Assembly: GCF_006345805.1 (NCBI RefSeq)
Contig: NC_043008.1
Coordinates: forward strand, 62,001 to 126,000
Source: Octopus sinensis
Taxonomy: Eukaryota
Direction: 5' to 3'
Length of the DNA stretch: 64,000 nucleotides
Made by a program: the position numbers and the translations under genes
The notes under the pieces: generated by a model
Told to the model about the DNA's origin: nothing
Databases searched by the model: none
What the model saw: only the letters and a program-made list of their open reading frames with translations
Part shown: piece after piece, positions 26,906 through 39,244 of the stretch
Layout of the letters: each line of letters begins with the position of its first letter
How positions within the stretch are numbered: the stretch's first letter is position 1

Positions 26906-27673
26906 CCTTCAAAAGAAAGCTCTACCTTGTAATTGTTCTATCTGTGTGCAGCCCTGTGTGGCTAATAAAGAAACATATCTATCTATCTAGACTATAATTA
27001 GTCTTAGCAATGTACTTTTCACAAAAATCCCCAGCTCGACAAACATTCATTAAATCTAAGTGCAGGCGGCTGTAAAATGAAAGAACAGAAGGAAAGAACT
27101 AAACATTATAGAACGGCATAGATGTGATTTTACAATGTCTTCTGTCGCATAATGTTCTGTTTCGAGAACTATATCATTTACAGGCAGTAAAAAGAAAAAA
27201 AAGAAAGAAAAAAAAAAGACAGGACGATATCATTCTATAACCATTTGTCAGTCAGGTGCTGAATAAAAGATTGATCAAAATGGACAACTATATCGAAAAG
27301 AAGAAAGAAAAAGAAAAAAAAAAGCGATCGCTTTTATATCCAACTCTACGAAATTGCTTCACGAGGGAAACCTCTTCAAATTGCTCGACATAATATATCC
27401 CCTAGAAACACACACACATACTATATATCTTATAGTGATAATTTACAATATATATAAATTTATATATGTATATATATATATGTATATATTTATTTGCTTG
27501 TGTACATTTGTATATATTGTGAACAGCTTTTTCTAGATGTGTTGAATACGTGACTATGTTCTAGGTTTATCATTTTTTTAAATCAAGGTTTTTCATATTT
27601 TTGTACTGAGTTAATTTTCATTATTTACATTATTTACATTTGACGGATATTTGTCCTGAATTTGTTTGTTGTT

Positions 27674-27719
27674 AACACAGCGTTTCGGTTGATATACCCT
27701 CCAGCCTTCATCAGGTGGC
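27674..27719 (-). ncRNA. Minimal hammerhead motif, degenerate copy (Penelope-like LTR)
   Basis: gccac-CTGATGA-a-ggctg..caacc-GAAAC-GC-T-gtgtt; U16.1 is mutated relative to the family consensus GAAACGTT. Confidence 0.55.
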
Positions 27720-27918
27720 TTGAGTATTTTTCGATATTATTATTATCATTATTATTCAGATCACTTCTTGAAATCGAACTCGGATTCCTTTCCTTCCTTA
27801 ATACCGGTTCCCATATGCTTCTCATATCTGCACTCGGTCTGCTTAGGAGGTTGTGTTCTAGCATATGTGTTGCTTCTTTTAGTTTGCGTATGAGAACCCA
27901 GGTTCGAAATTTCCCCAA

Positions 27919-27964
27919 GACACCTGATAAAGGCTAGAGGGTGTATCAGCCGAAACGTTGTGTT
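27919..27964 (+). ncRNA. Minimal hammerhead motif, degenerate copy (Penelope-like LTR)
   Basis: gacac-CTGATAA-a-ggcta..cagcc-GAAAC-GT-T-gtgtt; G8A change in the core, helix I gacac/gtgtt. Confidence 0.55.
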
Positions 27965-29559
27965 AACAACAAACAAGATGAGGACAAATATCCGTCAAAT
28001 GTAAATAATGTAAATAATGCAGATGATGTGAATAATGTACATAATTTCTCATCTCTTAAATGTGTTATTTTTTTTCTTAAATCCACAATCTGCATTTCTT
28101 CACTTTTGAAGCGCACCTCCAGGATGATGTGATGTTGGTGCATATTGCTGTCTCTTTACAGTAGGCAGCAGTAATGTGATTGGTGAAGACTTTAGTACCA
28201 GAATGTTCATATTGAAATACTCCTCGCCAGTTGCTCTTTTTGTTTGTGGTTAGTTTATGCTATCTGTGTATCTATTTTTGCATCGTGTTGTATTACAGGT
28301 ATTGTCGCCATCAATACTTGTTTAATGTTGAAGGGAATTATGTATATTGTAGGTATGTTGTTGACAAATGCTTTTCTATCTAATTTTGTTTTGCATTGCG
28401 TGGTGTAACATATTGAAATTAATCCTTGCAAAGTGTATGATAAACCGGTAGGAATCTGTCATACCTGTGTGGCAAATATTAAATTAGGAATCGTGAAACA
28501 CACAACTTATATATACACATAGGCACAGGTACAGTAAAAAAAGCAAGGGATTTCGTTCGTTTGTGGGCGTGTATCAGTAGCTCCGTAAATATAAATCCTA
28601 ATTCCAAGACTTTAAATCTTAATTCCAAAAGTGAAAGCGATAAGATTTAATATTTAAATCATTTAATCCCTATCTGAAAATTTACAGGGAATTTAATGAA
28701 TAAAAAAAAGAATTATTTCGTTAAAATATCTTGTGTTTACATTAGAAATACTGTTGTTGTTTCGTAAATCTTTTTAGCGCTTGCATATTTGCGGCTGTCG
28801 TAGTGATAGTGGTGGTATTGTTTTATTTTCAAGTAAACAGTTAATGTGGGAACATTTATTGTTAAAAAATGCAAGGTCAGTTGTTATGATTTTTTATTTG
28901 CAAAAAAGAAAAGATATTAAGATCAAAAAAAAAAAAATCCTTATCCTTTAGATAGAGAGTAATTTGAAATAGTTTTGTGCTGTCAACACAAAATACACAA
29001 GAATAACACGATAACCTTGAGGTGCATTGCAAAGTACATTGGTGAACTAAATTTTCACTAACAAAAACCAGTTAAGTGCTGTTTTGATGCAACAGGTCAC
29101 AAATAGTGTTTATTTTGCACTCGATTCGAATTTAACGATAAGGCAATATTTGTTCCACCCAACCCCACAACCATAACAACAACAACAACAGCAACAACCA
29201 ATATCACTCTCAATAAAGTCGGACACTAAACCAGAAGCCATTTTGTTCTAAAATAGAAGCCATTTTGTTGTATAATCTCCAATGAACACATTCGCTTCTT
29301 GGACCTAAATGGACATTTTAGAAATTGTGCAAAAGCTAAAACTAGCCACCAAATAGGGAAACAGAATGCTGTATCAAAGCAATGGTCGGCAAGGCCTCGT
29401 CATGGTTATTACCTGGAAAAAGACAAATGAACAGGTAGGAAATAGACAATGTCAAATCACAGCTCTGGTTGAGAAGTGTTGAACTCAATACCAAGATCCT
29501 GGCCTTCCTATTATCAATCACAATAGGTATATAATACTTTTTACTATTAGCACAATGCC

Positions 29560-29705
29560 TGAAATTTATGTTCCAACTGATACGTATTTTATCGATCCTG
29601 AAAGGATGAAAAGCAATGTCGACCTCGGTGGCATTTGAACTCAGAACATGAATAGCCGAAAGAAATGCTGCTAAGCATTTTGTCCAGCGCAAAAACGATT
29701 CTCCC
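29560..29705 (-). mobile_element. SINE family A, diverged
   Basis: ttttatcgatcctgaaaggatgaaaagcaatgtcgacctcggtggcatttgaactcagaac. Confidence 0.75.
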
Positions 29706-30172
29706 ATTCCACCATCTTACCAAAGTTATATAAGGAACAGATTATGCTGCGTGACAGTGGAGAAGTAATTATTAAACCCAATATCGCTTGCTGCCCACTC
29801 GCAACCTAAAAAGAACACATCTATGGGTATCACGTGGCTGGAGTTAACCTAACTTCCAGCTGTTTCAACATTAAAAAATACCAACGGAAAAGAGATGGAA
29901 TAGTCACAGAGTAAATAAAAGCTGAGAGAATGCCAACCGAGTATCATTTCAGATATGCTAACCCACCAAAAAAGAAAAAAAGAACAAAGGAGATCAAGTC
30001 TGTATCCGAATATATTTGGCAAGGACCACCATGAAATGAAATGTCTCAGTGAAATATTTGTTGCTCAGACGATTATGTATCTCTCAAACACCCTACACCA
30101 TGTATACAATGACATTATGAAACATGTAGGTACGCACGTACACGCACACTCAGACGAATACACACACACACA

Positions 30173-30215
<43 letters not shown>

Positions 30216-32034
30216 ACAGACACACAGACACACACACACTTATTCCTTCATTTGAAGTTGTCCGGTGTCTATCATTTCATCGTTTTAGGACGATGGTGGG
30301 TTGCGTTTTGTGACTCGGCCCTTTATTTTCTGAATTGATATCTCGATGAGGTTCACGTTGCATTTCATCCTTTCTGTGCCGATAAGATAACGTAGTAGTC
30401 CTTGGCACTGGTATTTTATGCTAGTTCCTGGCACTGGTACTTTGTCAAACGAAGGCCGTGGATCGATGTTCATCATTATCTCGGCTGATGTTGTCGGATA
30501 TGTCCTTCATAGGACAGTAGCTGTTCGACACAAACCTAATCGCTGATTAAGCTAAACAAATGGAATAAGTTTAGATAATGTTTATTGTATTCGGCCATGA
30601 CATATACACAGGAAGATAATTATTTCCATGCTGAATGGTGCAACATGTATTGCTATTGTTTCCTTCAAGCCACATTCAAAACAGCTGATAACAATAATTA
30701 ATTTGATATTGAAATAGTCTAACCTTCATAGTTTATCGAGTGATTTTGGGTGTTTTTCAGCAATCAGTTCATTGAAACCTTGTTCCATTAATAAAACAAC
30801 AACAACAACAGCATCGTCAAAAACAAAACAAATATTCAGAACGCACTAATGTTAAAAGCTGTCAACTCGAGCCAAGGAAAATCAGGGACACCCTGGGGGC
30901 TGTCAGGTCACTGCTTGTTCAATCATATGCGACGAAGACTGAATTAAATGCAAGTTTTATAGACAAAGATAGGATAAGGAGTGAAGGTGATCGAAGTAGA
31001 TGAAAGCCGAGGAGAAAGAGAAAGAGAGAGATAGGGGGAGAGCCGAGACAGAGAGAGGCGTGACATAGCAACTATGGTATCCATAATGGATAATAAAAGC
31101 AGCATCTTTATCAAAATATTCTGAAACAGGAATTTTCAATATTTTCTTAAGATTAAAGATTGATCCATCAGAGTTGTGGTTGCATATACAGAATATACTT
31201 GCCATGCAATCATTATATATAAATTTTCTCACATTGTTAAAATGTCTCTAATTTGTAAGGAAGAGGCGAACCAACCGAAAAGATAATAATTAGAAATGTC
31301 TGAGAGGAAGTTATTGGTAAAACAGTTGCGCAGCTAATGACGCATTTGAAGGGGAGGTAATTTAATTTCACTTGTGCGGTACTTTGGACAAGTGAGTTCT
31401 GCTGCTATAGCTTCTCGCCGACCTTTCCTTTCTCAGGAATTGGGCTAGCGGAAACAGTGAGAGTCCGTCGTGTGGTGTGTGTATGTGTGTGTGATGGTGT
31501 GGTGGTGTGTGTGCATGTTTTGTGTGCGTGTATATAATATATAATATATATATCTATATATATATATATATATATAATATATATAATATCATTAATGTAT
31601 ATACAAGCTGTTAGCTAACAACGCCACAAACAAACCCACAGCGTTTTTCCACATCCACTTCTCTTAGAGTTTCGAAAAGAGCCATGGCTACTGATATTTC
31701 TTGCTAACTAAGAGATAAAAAGCCTCCTGTCTCAACATTGCCTTTCGTCTTTGCGAGATCGATAAATAAAGTCAGTGTCCAGTTCGATGGATTGGTGGAA
31801 TTTTAAAAGCACCGTGCAAAACATCTGACCGTACCGAGTCCCGTCTTATTCATTCTGGTTTCAAATACTTCACCTTACTGATGCTCCAGCAATCGCACGG
31901 ACCTACGAAACGCTGGCGTCAAGTCTGAGGCAAAAATAACTGCCTAGGAATCTACGGTGTACTCAGCAAATTATCATGCTGTAAATTCATAAGAATGTTA
32001 AGCATCTGGGGTATATTATAGAATTTTCATTTAT

Positions 32035-32196
32035 GCAGGAGTGGCTGTGTGGTAAGAAGCCTGCTTCCCAACCACATGGTTCCGGATTCAGTCCCATTGT
32101 GTGGCAACTTGGGCAAGTGTCTTTTATTATAGCCTCGGGCCGAACAAAGCCTTGTGAGTGGATTTGGAAGACGGAAACTGAAAGAAGCCCATCGTA

Positions 32197-32197
<1 letters not shown>
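32035..32197 (+). mobile_element. SINE family B, 5' half
   Basis: Head through gaaagaagcccatcgtata. Confidence 0.85.
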
Positions 32198-32230
<33 letters not shown>

Positions 32231-32391
32231 ATGGAGAAATTGTACAAAATGTATAAATGGATGATGAGTAAAACACCGGCAGAGTTTCGATTACCTCTTG
32301 TTATTCGTAGATTTGCTGCAGGGACTTCGTTGTGGCGCTTGGGGTAACACTATTAATAAAATAGGAGATGGAATGTGTAATAGACTTTATT

Positions 32392-32438
32392 GGGTACAAC
32401 ATATGTTTCGATCCGTTCTGGGTTTCTTCAGGTATGTC
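32392..32438 (-). ncRNA. Decayed hammerhead motif
   Basis: tac-CTGAAGA-aacccagaacggatc-GAAAC-ATAT-GTT-gta; palindromic ACATATGT; helix II poorly paired. Confidence 0.4.
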
Positions 32439-32676
32439 AATTAAACGTCTCGCTAGAGATTTCTTGAGTCGGTTTACGTACCGCTGTTTGCCCATCAAAT
32501 TCTAGAATGAGTAAAATCAGAGAAGCATTATTGAAACGCAAAAATTTCAAATATGAATGTGGAAAATATACGTTCTAATTTAGAGAAAATGACGTAATCA
32601 GCTTTCGCTGTTGTAACTGTTAAGAGAAAGAAAAAGAAGTTGAAAGGAAGATAATACTTAGACGAAATCTTTTTTT

Positions 32677-33064
32677 GTTCGAGCTTAGACGCATATATAC
32701 ATAGACAGATAATCTCCGCCAAGGCACCACCAACGTCCTCACAATGATTAACCAAAGATGATTTTTAAAATGAGAATATCTGAAATAAACTCGACAGCTC
32801 TCACAAACGAGAATACTAAAAATGAAACCGACTGCTCTCAAAAATTAAGTAGAGAACAGGAAAAATAATCCAGAATTCTTGTCCAGTACCGGATCGATCC
32901 CAAAATGTAAACATTTCGTGCCAGTCACGAGGCCAAATATACCTGAAAGTTTCATCCGAATCCATCCAGCGGTTCTTGAGATATCATGTCCACGGACAAA
33001 CAAACAAACAAACAAACGCGACTGAAAACAATACCTCCGCCTTAGCGAAGGCCGAGGTAAAAAT
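32677..33064 (-). mobile_element. Helentron-associated/DINE-1-like non-autonomous element
   Basis: Minus strand starts ttttacctcggccttcgctaaggcggaggta (hairpin), then a (TTTG)n tract, and has the subterminal repeat ccttggcggag near its other end. Confidence 0.5.
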
Positions 33065-33477
33065 ATACATATAATGTCTGTGAAGTGTTGGAGTATTTTT
33101 GGATGGAATATTGTGTTTTCTTTTTCTTTAATGCAAACTGCCAAATTTAATCCGAACGCCCTGTGTACACATGGACACACATATTTGTTTCCGTTATTAG
33201 AGTGCGGCCATGCTGTGGCACTTCTTTGAGGAATTCTAGTCAAACTAATCGACCCTAGTGGTTATTTTCTCTTTAAGCCTGTTACTTATTATATCAGTGT
33301 CCTTTGCCGAACTGCTTCGTGACGAGGGCATAAACACATCAACAGTAATTGTCAATCGGTGGTGGGGGATAAACACAGGAAAAGAAAGAGAGACACACCC
33401 ACACACGCACTATTACGCACACACACTCATGCACGCACACACACGCACGCATGCACTTGTATATATATATATATATA

Positions 33478-33529
<52 letters not shown>

Positions 33530-33549
33530 TATATACATATTGTATATAT

Positions 33550-33610
<61 letters not shown>

Positions 33611-33611
33611 G

Positions 33612-33765
33612 GGCTTATTTCTGTTTCCGTCTACCAAATCCACTGACAAGGGTTTGATAGGTTTGCGACTATAGTAGAAACAATTGCCCAAGGTACCTCA
33701 CAGTAAGAGTGAACCCAGAACCACATGGCTGGGAAGCAAGCTTCTTGTCACACTCGCGCCTAAGA
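33612..33765 (-). mobile_element. SINE family B, 5' half
   Basis: gggcttatttctgtttccgtctaccaaatccac... on the plus strand. Confidence 0.8.
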
Positions 33766-33803
33766 AAGACATATATGTATATGCGTGTATGTGTGTGTAT
33801 GTT

Positions 33804-33834
<31 letters not shown>

Positions 33835-34099
33835 ATGTAAGTATGTATGTATGCATGTGTGGCTATTTATAAATATATACATGTGCGTAGTGTGTCGTCG
33901 GACGATCATTATGCCAATAATAAATACACACACTGGTTCCATTTCACTTCAGTTATTCCTTTGTCCAATTAACCAATTAACTAATTGATTGTTTAGTAAA
34001 TCGTTCGCTCGTGAATGACCTCATGAATGACATGCACGCCTTACTCTTGGTCTGTTTTTGGTCTGTCTGTCTGTCTGTCTGTGAGAATCTTATGTACGA

Positions 34100-34289
34100 A
34101 CTTATGTACGAACGTGTAGTCACATACTCGTCTTCCCCTTCTCACATCCATTTCTCCCACCCACATCTATGTCAAAATATAAATATAGAAACTAATGTTT
34201 CTATATTTATATTTTTACATAGACGTGGGTGGGAGAAATGGATGTGAGAAGGGGAAGACGAGTATGTGACTACACGTTCGTACATAAGT
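34100..34289. repeat. Near-perfect 190-bp palindrome
   Basis: 93-bp arms 34100-34192 and 34197-34289, 4-nt loop TAAT, 2 mismatches. Confidence 0.9.
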
Positions 34290-34532
34290 ACGTTCTGGTG
34301 TGTGTGTCCATGCGGGTTAGCGTTAGTTAGGTACAACGAATTCTGTAAGTGCGTGAGAAAGATCATGTGTGCGCAAGATTGCATGCGCGCAAGCTTTCAA
34401 GTACGTGTGTAGTGTGGAAGGTAAGTAAACACAGGTATAGTACAACAAAAGATTTCTTGTGTTCGTTCATGAGACAAAGGTATATAGAATCAAAATAATA
34501 AGACAAAGAAATCCTTTAACACATCTTTAATG

Positions 34533-34640
34533 GCTCGTTACAATTGTTTCCGTACCAACCCTACATGCAACGCCAGTTCGAAGTGAAAACGTACGTAATA
34601 TTTGCGGTTTTAGACATGAGCGCGGCACTTCATCAGACTT
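34533..34640 (-). ncRNA. Decayed hammerhead motif with long helix II insert
   Basis: CTGATGA-a-gtgcc...ggtac-g-GAAAC-AATT-GTA; palindromic ACAATTGT; helix I weak. Confidence 0.4.
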
Positions 34641-34684
34641 CCTTCAAAGGTGAGAACTTACGTTATATATATGTATATATATAT

Positions 34685-34728
<44 letters not shown>

Positions 34729-34793
34729 TATATATATATCTATATATATATATATATATTATATATATATAATGTATGTTGTGTATATATATG

Positions 34794-34879
<86 letters not shown>

Positions 34880-35140
34880 CATACATATACACACACAGAC
34901 GAAGATCGCCTTCTGATGGAGATAATTTACTGAAAAGGTTGCGAAGGGTGACGAAATAATTTGAAAGCAGAAAACAACCAACAATAAACGATTGATTGTT
35001 TAACCAACAAGTTAAATAATCAATCAGTTAGTTGAATAGATATTTTACCAATTGACTAGTAATAGAGGAGGGAAATTGAACCAGTGAGTGTGTTTGTAAT
35101 ATTGGCGTAATGACCATACCTAGACACAACAGTATATATT

Positions 35141-35463
35141 CAGGGTGTCCCAGAATTAACTATCCATTCCAATGAAATCGCGGAAATGTTTTAAAAGTGA
35201 CTAAATTTTATGTTTATTAATTATGAAACAAAAACAGATTTATTTTCAACATGTGCTCCGTTTGTTTCTCTGCAAATTCCAATCTATCCTTGGCGTTGCA
35301 AAACGCATTTTGAATCATTTCAGGAGTTATCTCCTGCACTGCTAACTGAATACTTTCTTTAAGGCCAGCTAAACTATTGCTCCATCCTGGGCATGAAGGT
35401 AGAAAAATATGATTGCAGCGAAATTGAAAAAAATGTGTTGTGTAAAGATAAATGGGACACCAG
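35141..35463 (-). mobile_element. Tc1/mariner-type internally deleted element
   Basis: TIR-like CAGGGTGTCCCA (35141) and TGGGACACCAG (35453) in TA context. Minus frame SLAGLKESIQLAVQEITPEMIQNAFCNAKDRLEFAEKQTEHML resembles the transposase C-terminus. Confidence 0.7.
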
Positions 35464-35533
35464 TATATATATACATATATGGACATATATATATATATAT
35501 TATATATATATATATATATGGACATATATACAT

Positions 35534-35570
<37 letters not shown>

Positions 35571-35904
35571 CTTATATGTACATATATGTATACGGATCAT
35601 AAATAGACATAAGTCCTTATGAAGTGCGAAAGTAGGTGAGCATATAAACTTCTGATTAAAAATAATGAAATGAAACGTCAATATAGATAAGTGACTCATT
35701 GTTTGCTGATTGCCGGAGTCCTTACTGATAGGTGTTCTAAGATTTCGTATCAATCTTATCTGACAAATAGTATGTAGGTTATAAAATATATTTTGGTGTT
35801 CGATTAATAAACTCTGCATTAGTCAGCTTTAGTTCTATATTATACGTGACTAGTACCGTAGATGTATGAACGTGTGGTACCTTTGTTCCAAATAAGGCTG
35901 TGAA

Positions 35905-36125
35905 TTGGCAGAAACGTTAGAAATAATAGTCTGCCGTTATGTTCTGAGTTCAAATTCTGCCGAGGTCGACTTTGCCTTTTATTCTTTCGAAGTCGATTAA
36001 ATAAGTACCAGTTACGCACTGGAATCGATGTAATCAACTTAATCCCTTTGGCTGTCTTTGTTTGCCCCCACTGTGTTTTGATCCTTGTGGGTAATTAAGA
36101 AATAAGAAACGTTAGGCCGCCGGTC
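35905..36125 (+). mobile_element. SINE family A
   Basis: Head, core and long tail, ending in an aaataag|aaacgttag junction. Confidence 0.85.
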
Positions 36126-36265
36126 GAAATGTGTGTGTGTGTTTGGTGCTTGAAGTGGTGTACAAATATTGCATATTGAGAAAAAAGAAGCATTTAGGTT
36201 TAAATTTTTGTCTTGAAAAGTTCGGTTAAACGAACGAAAGCGCTAATAAAGAATTATTCAAAATT

Positions 36266-36365
36266 NNNNNNNNNNNNNNNNNNNNNNNNNNNNNNNNNNN
36301 NNNNNNNNNNNNNNNNNNNNNNNNNNNNNNNNNNNNNNNNNNNNNNNNNNNNNNNNNNNNNNNNN
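36266..36365. other. Assembly gap (100 N)
   Basis: Run of N. Confidence 1.
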
Positions 36366-36407
36366 TCCACTTTGTTCAAAACGTTTTTGAAATTTGTCAA
36401 AATAGAA

Positions 36408-36560
36408 GCGCAGGCGTGGCTGTGTGGTAAAAACTTTGCTTCTCAACCATGTGGTGTTGGGTTCAGTTTCATTGCGTGACACTTTCGCTAAGTGTTTTCT
36501 ACCATAGAGCCGGGCCGATCAAAACCTTGTGAGAGGATTTGGTAGAAGGGAAACTGAAAG
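36408..36560 (+). mobile_element. SINE family B, 5' half, abutting family A
   Basis: gcaggcgtggctgtgtggtaa...gaaactgaaagaag directly followed by the family A head. Confidence 0.8.
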
Positions 36561-36975
36561 AAGGCGGCGAGCTGGCAGAAACGTTAGCACGCCGAGCGAA
36601 ATGCGTAGCTGTATTTCGTCTGCCGTTACGTTCTGAGTTCAAATTCCGCCGAGGTCGACTTTGCCTTTCATCCTTTCGAGGTCGATAAATTAAGTACCAG
36701 TTACACACTTGGGTCGATATAATCGACTTAGTCCGTTTGTCTGTTCTTGTTCGTCCTCTCTGTGTTTAGCCCGTTGTGGGTAGTAATGAAATAGGTATTT
36801 CGTCTGTCTTTACGTCCTGAGTTCAAATTCCGCCGAGGTTGACTTTGCCTTTCATCCTTTCGGGGTCGATAAATTAAGTACCAGTTACGCACTGGGGTCA
36901 ATCTAATCGACTCGATCCCTTTGTCTGTACTTGTTTATCCCCCCTATGTTTAGCACCTTGTGGGCATTAGAAAAA
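36561..36975 (+). mobile_element. SINE family A, two-unit array
   Basis: Full head at 36561; aaatagg|tatttcgtctg junction near 36795. Confidence 0.9.
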
Positions 36976-37060
36976 TAGAAATAGGAAACTGAAAGAAGCT
37001 CGTCGTATATATAAATGATTAAAAAATAATAAAACATACGTACATGTTTGTATGTACATG

Positions 37061-37118
<58 letters not shown>

Positions 37119-37426
37119 ATATGTACATACGTATGTTTATATGTATTTCAGGATAGATTTTTGTGAGTTTGAGTGTGTGTCAACGTGTTCGTACGAATTG
37201 ATTTTGTAAGTATATAGAGCTACATAAATAAACATAAGAGCAGAGATATGTAAAAGCCTTTCTGCTGCATGTTATGAAGTGCACTCAGTATGTAGGTCAC
37301 TCGAGAACACACATGCACATGCAGAGTTTCTAATGGAATTCTAAAGACAATCTGTTGCCGACTGCACAACAAACTAACCGCAGTTTTATACTACCTTGGG
37401 AAGGTATAATTCAAACAACTGTGCTC

Positions 37427-38115
37427 TATGTACGTATGTATGTATGTATGTATGTATGTATGTATGTATGTATGTATGTATGTATGTATGTATGTATGTA
37501 TGTATGTATGTATGTATGTATGTATGCATGTATGTATGCATGTATGTATGCATGTATGTATGTATGTATGTATGTATGTATGTATGTATGCATGTATGTA
37601 TGTATGTATGTATGTGTGTATGTATGTATGCATGTGTGTATGTATGTATGTATGTATGTATGTATGTATGTATGTGTGTATGTATGTATGTATGTATGTA
37701 TGTATGTATGTATGTGTGTATGTATGTATGCATGCATGTATGTATGTATGTGTGTGTGTATGTATGTATGTATGTATATATGTATGTATGTATATATGTA
37801 TGTATACATGTATGTACGTATGTATGTACGTATGTATGTACGTATGTATGTATGCATGTATGTATGTATATACATATTCACATACATACATGTATATATG
37901 TATTTATGTATGTATGCATGCATGCATGTATGTATGCATGTATGTGTGTACGTATGTATGTATACATGCATTATGTATGTAGGTATGTATGCATACATAT
38001 ATATATGTATGCATGTATCTTTGTATGTATGTATGTATGTATGTATTTATGTATTTATGTATGCATGTATGCATGTATGTATGTGTGCATGTATGTATGT
38101 ATGTATGTATGTACA
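37427..38115. repeat. (TATG)n, about 690 bp
   Basis: Direct reading. Confidence 0.98.
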
Positions 38116-38196
38116 TACAAAAAAAGAGAAAAAAATAAAAAAATATGGCCATGAAATTGGTTTTCCCTTATTCGCCAATTAATTACCAATGTCACA

Positions 38197-38240
<44 letters not shown>

Positions 38241-39244
38241 CAATTAAGGACAACTACTTAATAAGGAAAACTTAACAAGAAATTGTCAGGTGATACAGAT
38301 CTATATTTTTTAAATGTCTTACTTTGAAAAATTGCATTCGGTGGGATTAGTAATATTTTTGGTAGAAATGACTAATTGTCCCTCTTAGCGTGTGGCATGT
38401 ATGTATAATGCCATCTGGCATGTATGTATAATGCCCTCTATATATAAATTTATATATATATATATATATATATATATGACATCTGCAACTTAGGAAAGAA
38501 ACCGTCTATCTGTCCGAATGTTTTAATGTCCTCTATTGCATACACACACACACACATTATTAAGGTGGCTTATATGCAATTTACAACTAAAAGGTACAAA
38601 TATAGACGTCACTAAGGTGACTAAGGGTGGTAGTCAGCCACCAGCATTGCTAGAAATAAGAGTCAGAGCAACTCTTAGCCACGAAGAAGCACTTATCTAA
38701 TGACTGACAAGGGAGAGCCAAGCAAGCTAAAACAGAACCAGATCATCGATAAACTGACAAGTTGAGTTAGCTTTCACCCTCAGCAACGAGTGAGCGTTAC
38801 TGATGAGGGTTAATCAACCGCTCTCTCAACCCCACCACCGGCGAGCATTATCTGCAACAACAACAAGAAGAACAGCTGCAGCAGCAGCAGCAGCAGCAAC
38901 AGTGGTAATAGTTGTTTCCCTCACTGGCATTGAGTAGATCTAATTCACAATGTCTCTCTTTCGGAAAGCGGTTTCGTGCACACAGCTCTTGTTAGTTCCC
39001 ACACCAACATCGCTGCGCTTGTCTATAGCAGACAATCCACACGGTATATGGTTGAATACATTGAGAATAAAGACATTGACTTCCAGACAAAATTTTTTTC
39101 CCCTTCAAAGGAATTGTATGTCAATGGAATCAGTGGGAAAAGATCAGATGGTAGACAGAAACAATTGAATTGGGAGAAAAAATTATTTAACACACCTGAA
39201 ATGTCAACACAACCGATTCTTACTTTTCTAAAGGACATTTATTG

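Larger units (their letters stand above)
27621..28060 (-). mobile_element. 5'-truncated Penelope-like element: ORF C-terminal remnant, hammerhead-bearing LTR and inverted LTR copy
   Basis: About 100-bp inverted arms (27621-27722 vs about 27915-28018), each with a hammerhead motif. The minus-strand spacer encodes RKLKEATHMLEHNLLSRPSADMRSIWEPVLRKER, resembling the RKIKEA...W-P-L end of PLE GIY-YIG ORFs (from recall). Confidence 0.6.

Noticed and set aside
31860-31925. CTGATGC...GAAACGCTGGCGTC
   Set aside because: A9 is mutated and helices I and II need register shifts; too degenerate to call.
38795-38825. CTGATGA-g-ggtt-aatc-aacc hairpin
   Set aside because: No GAAA follows helix II.
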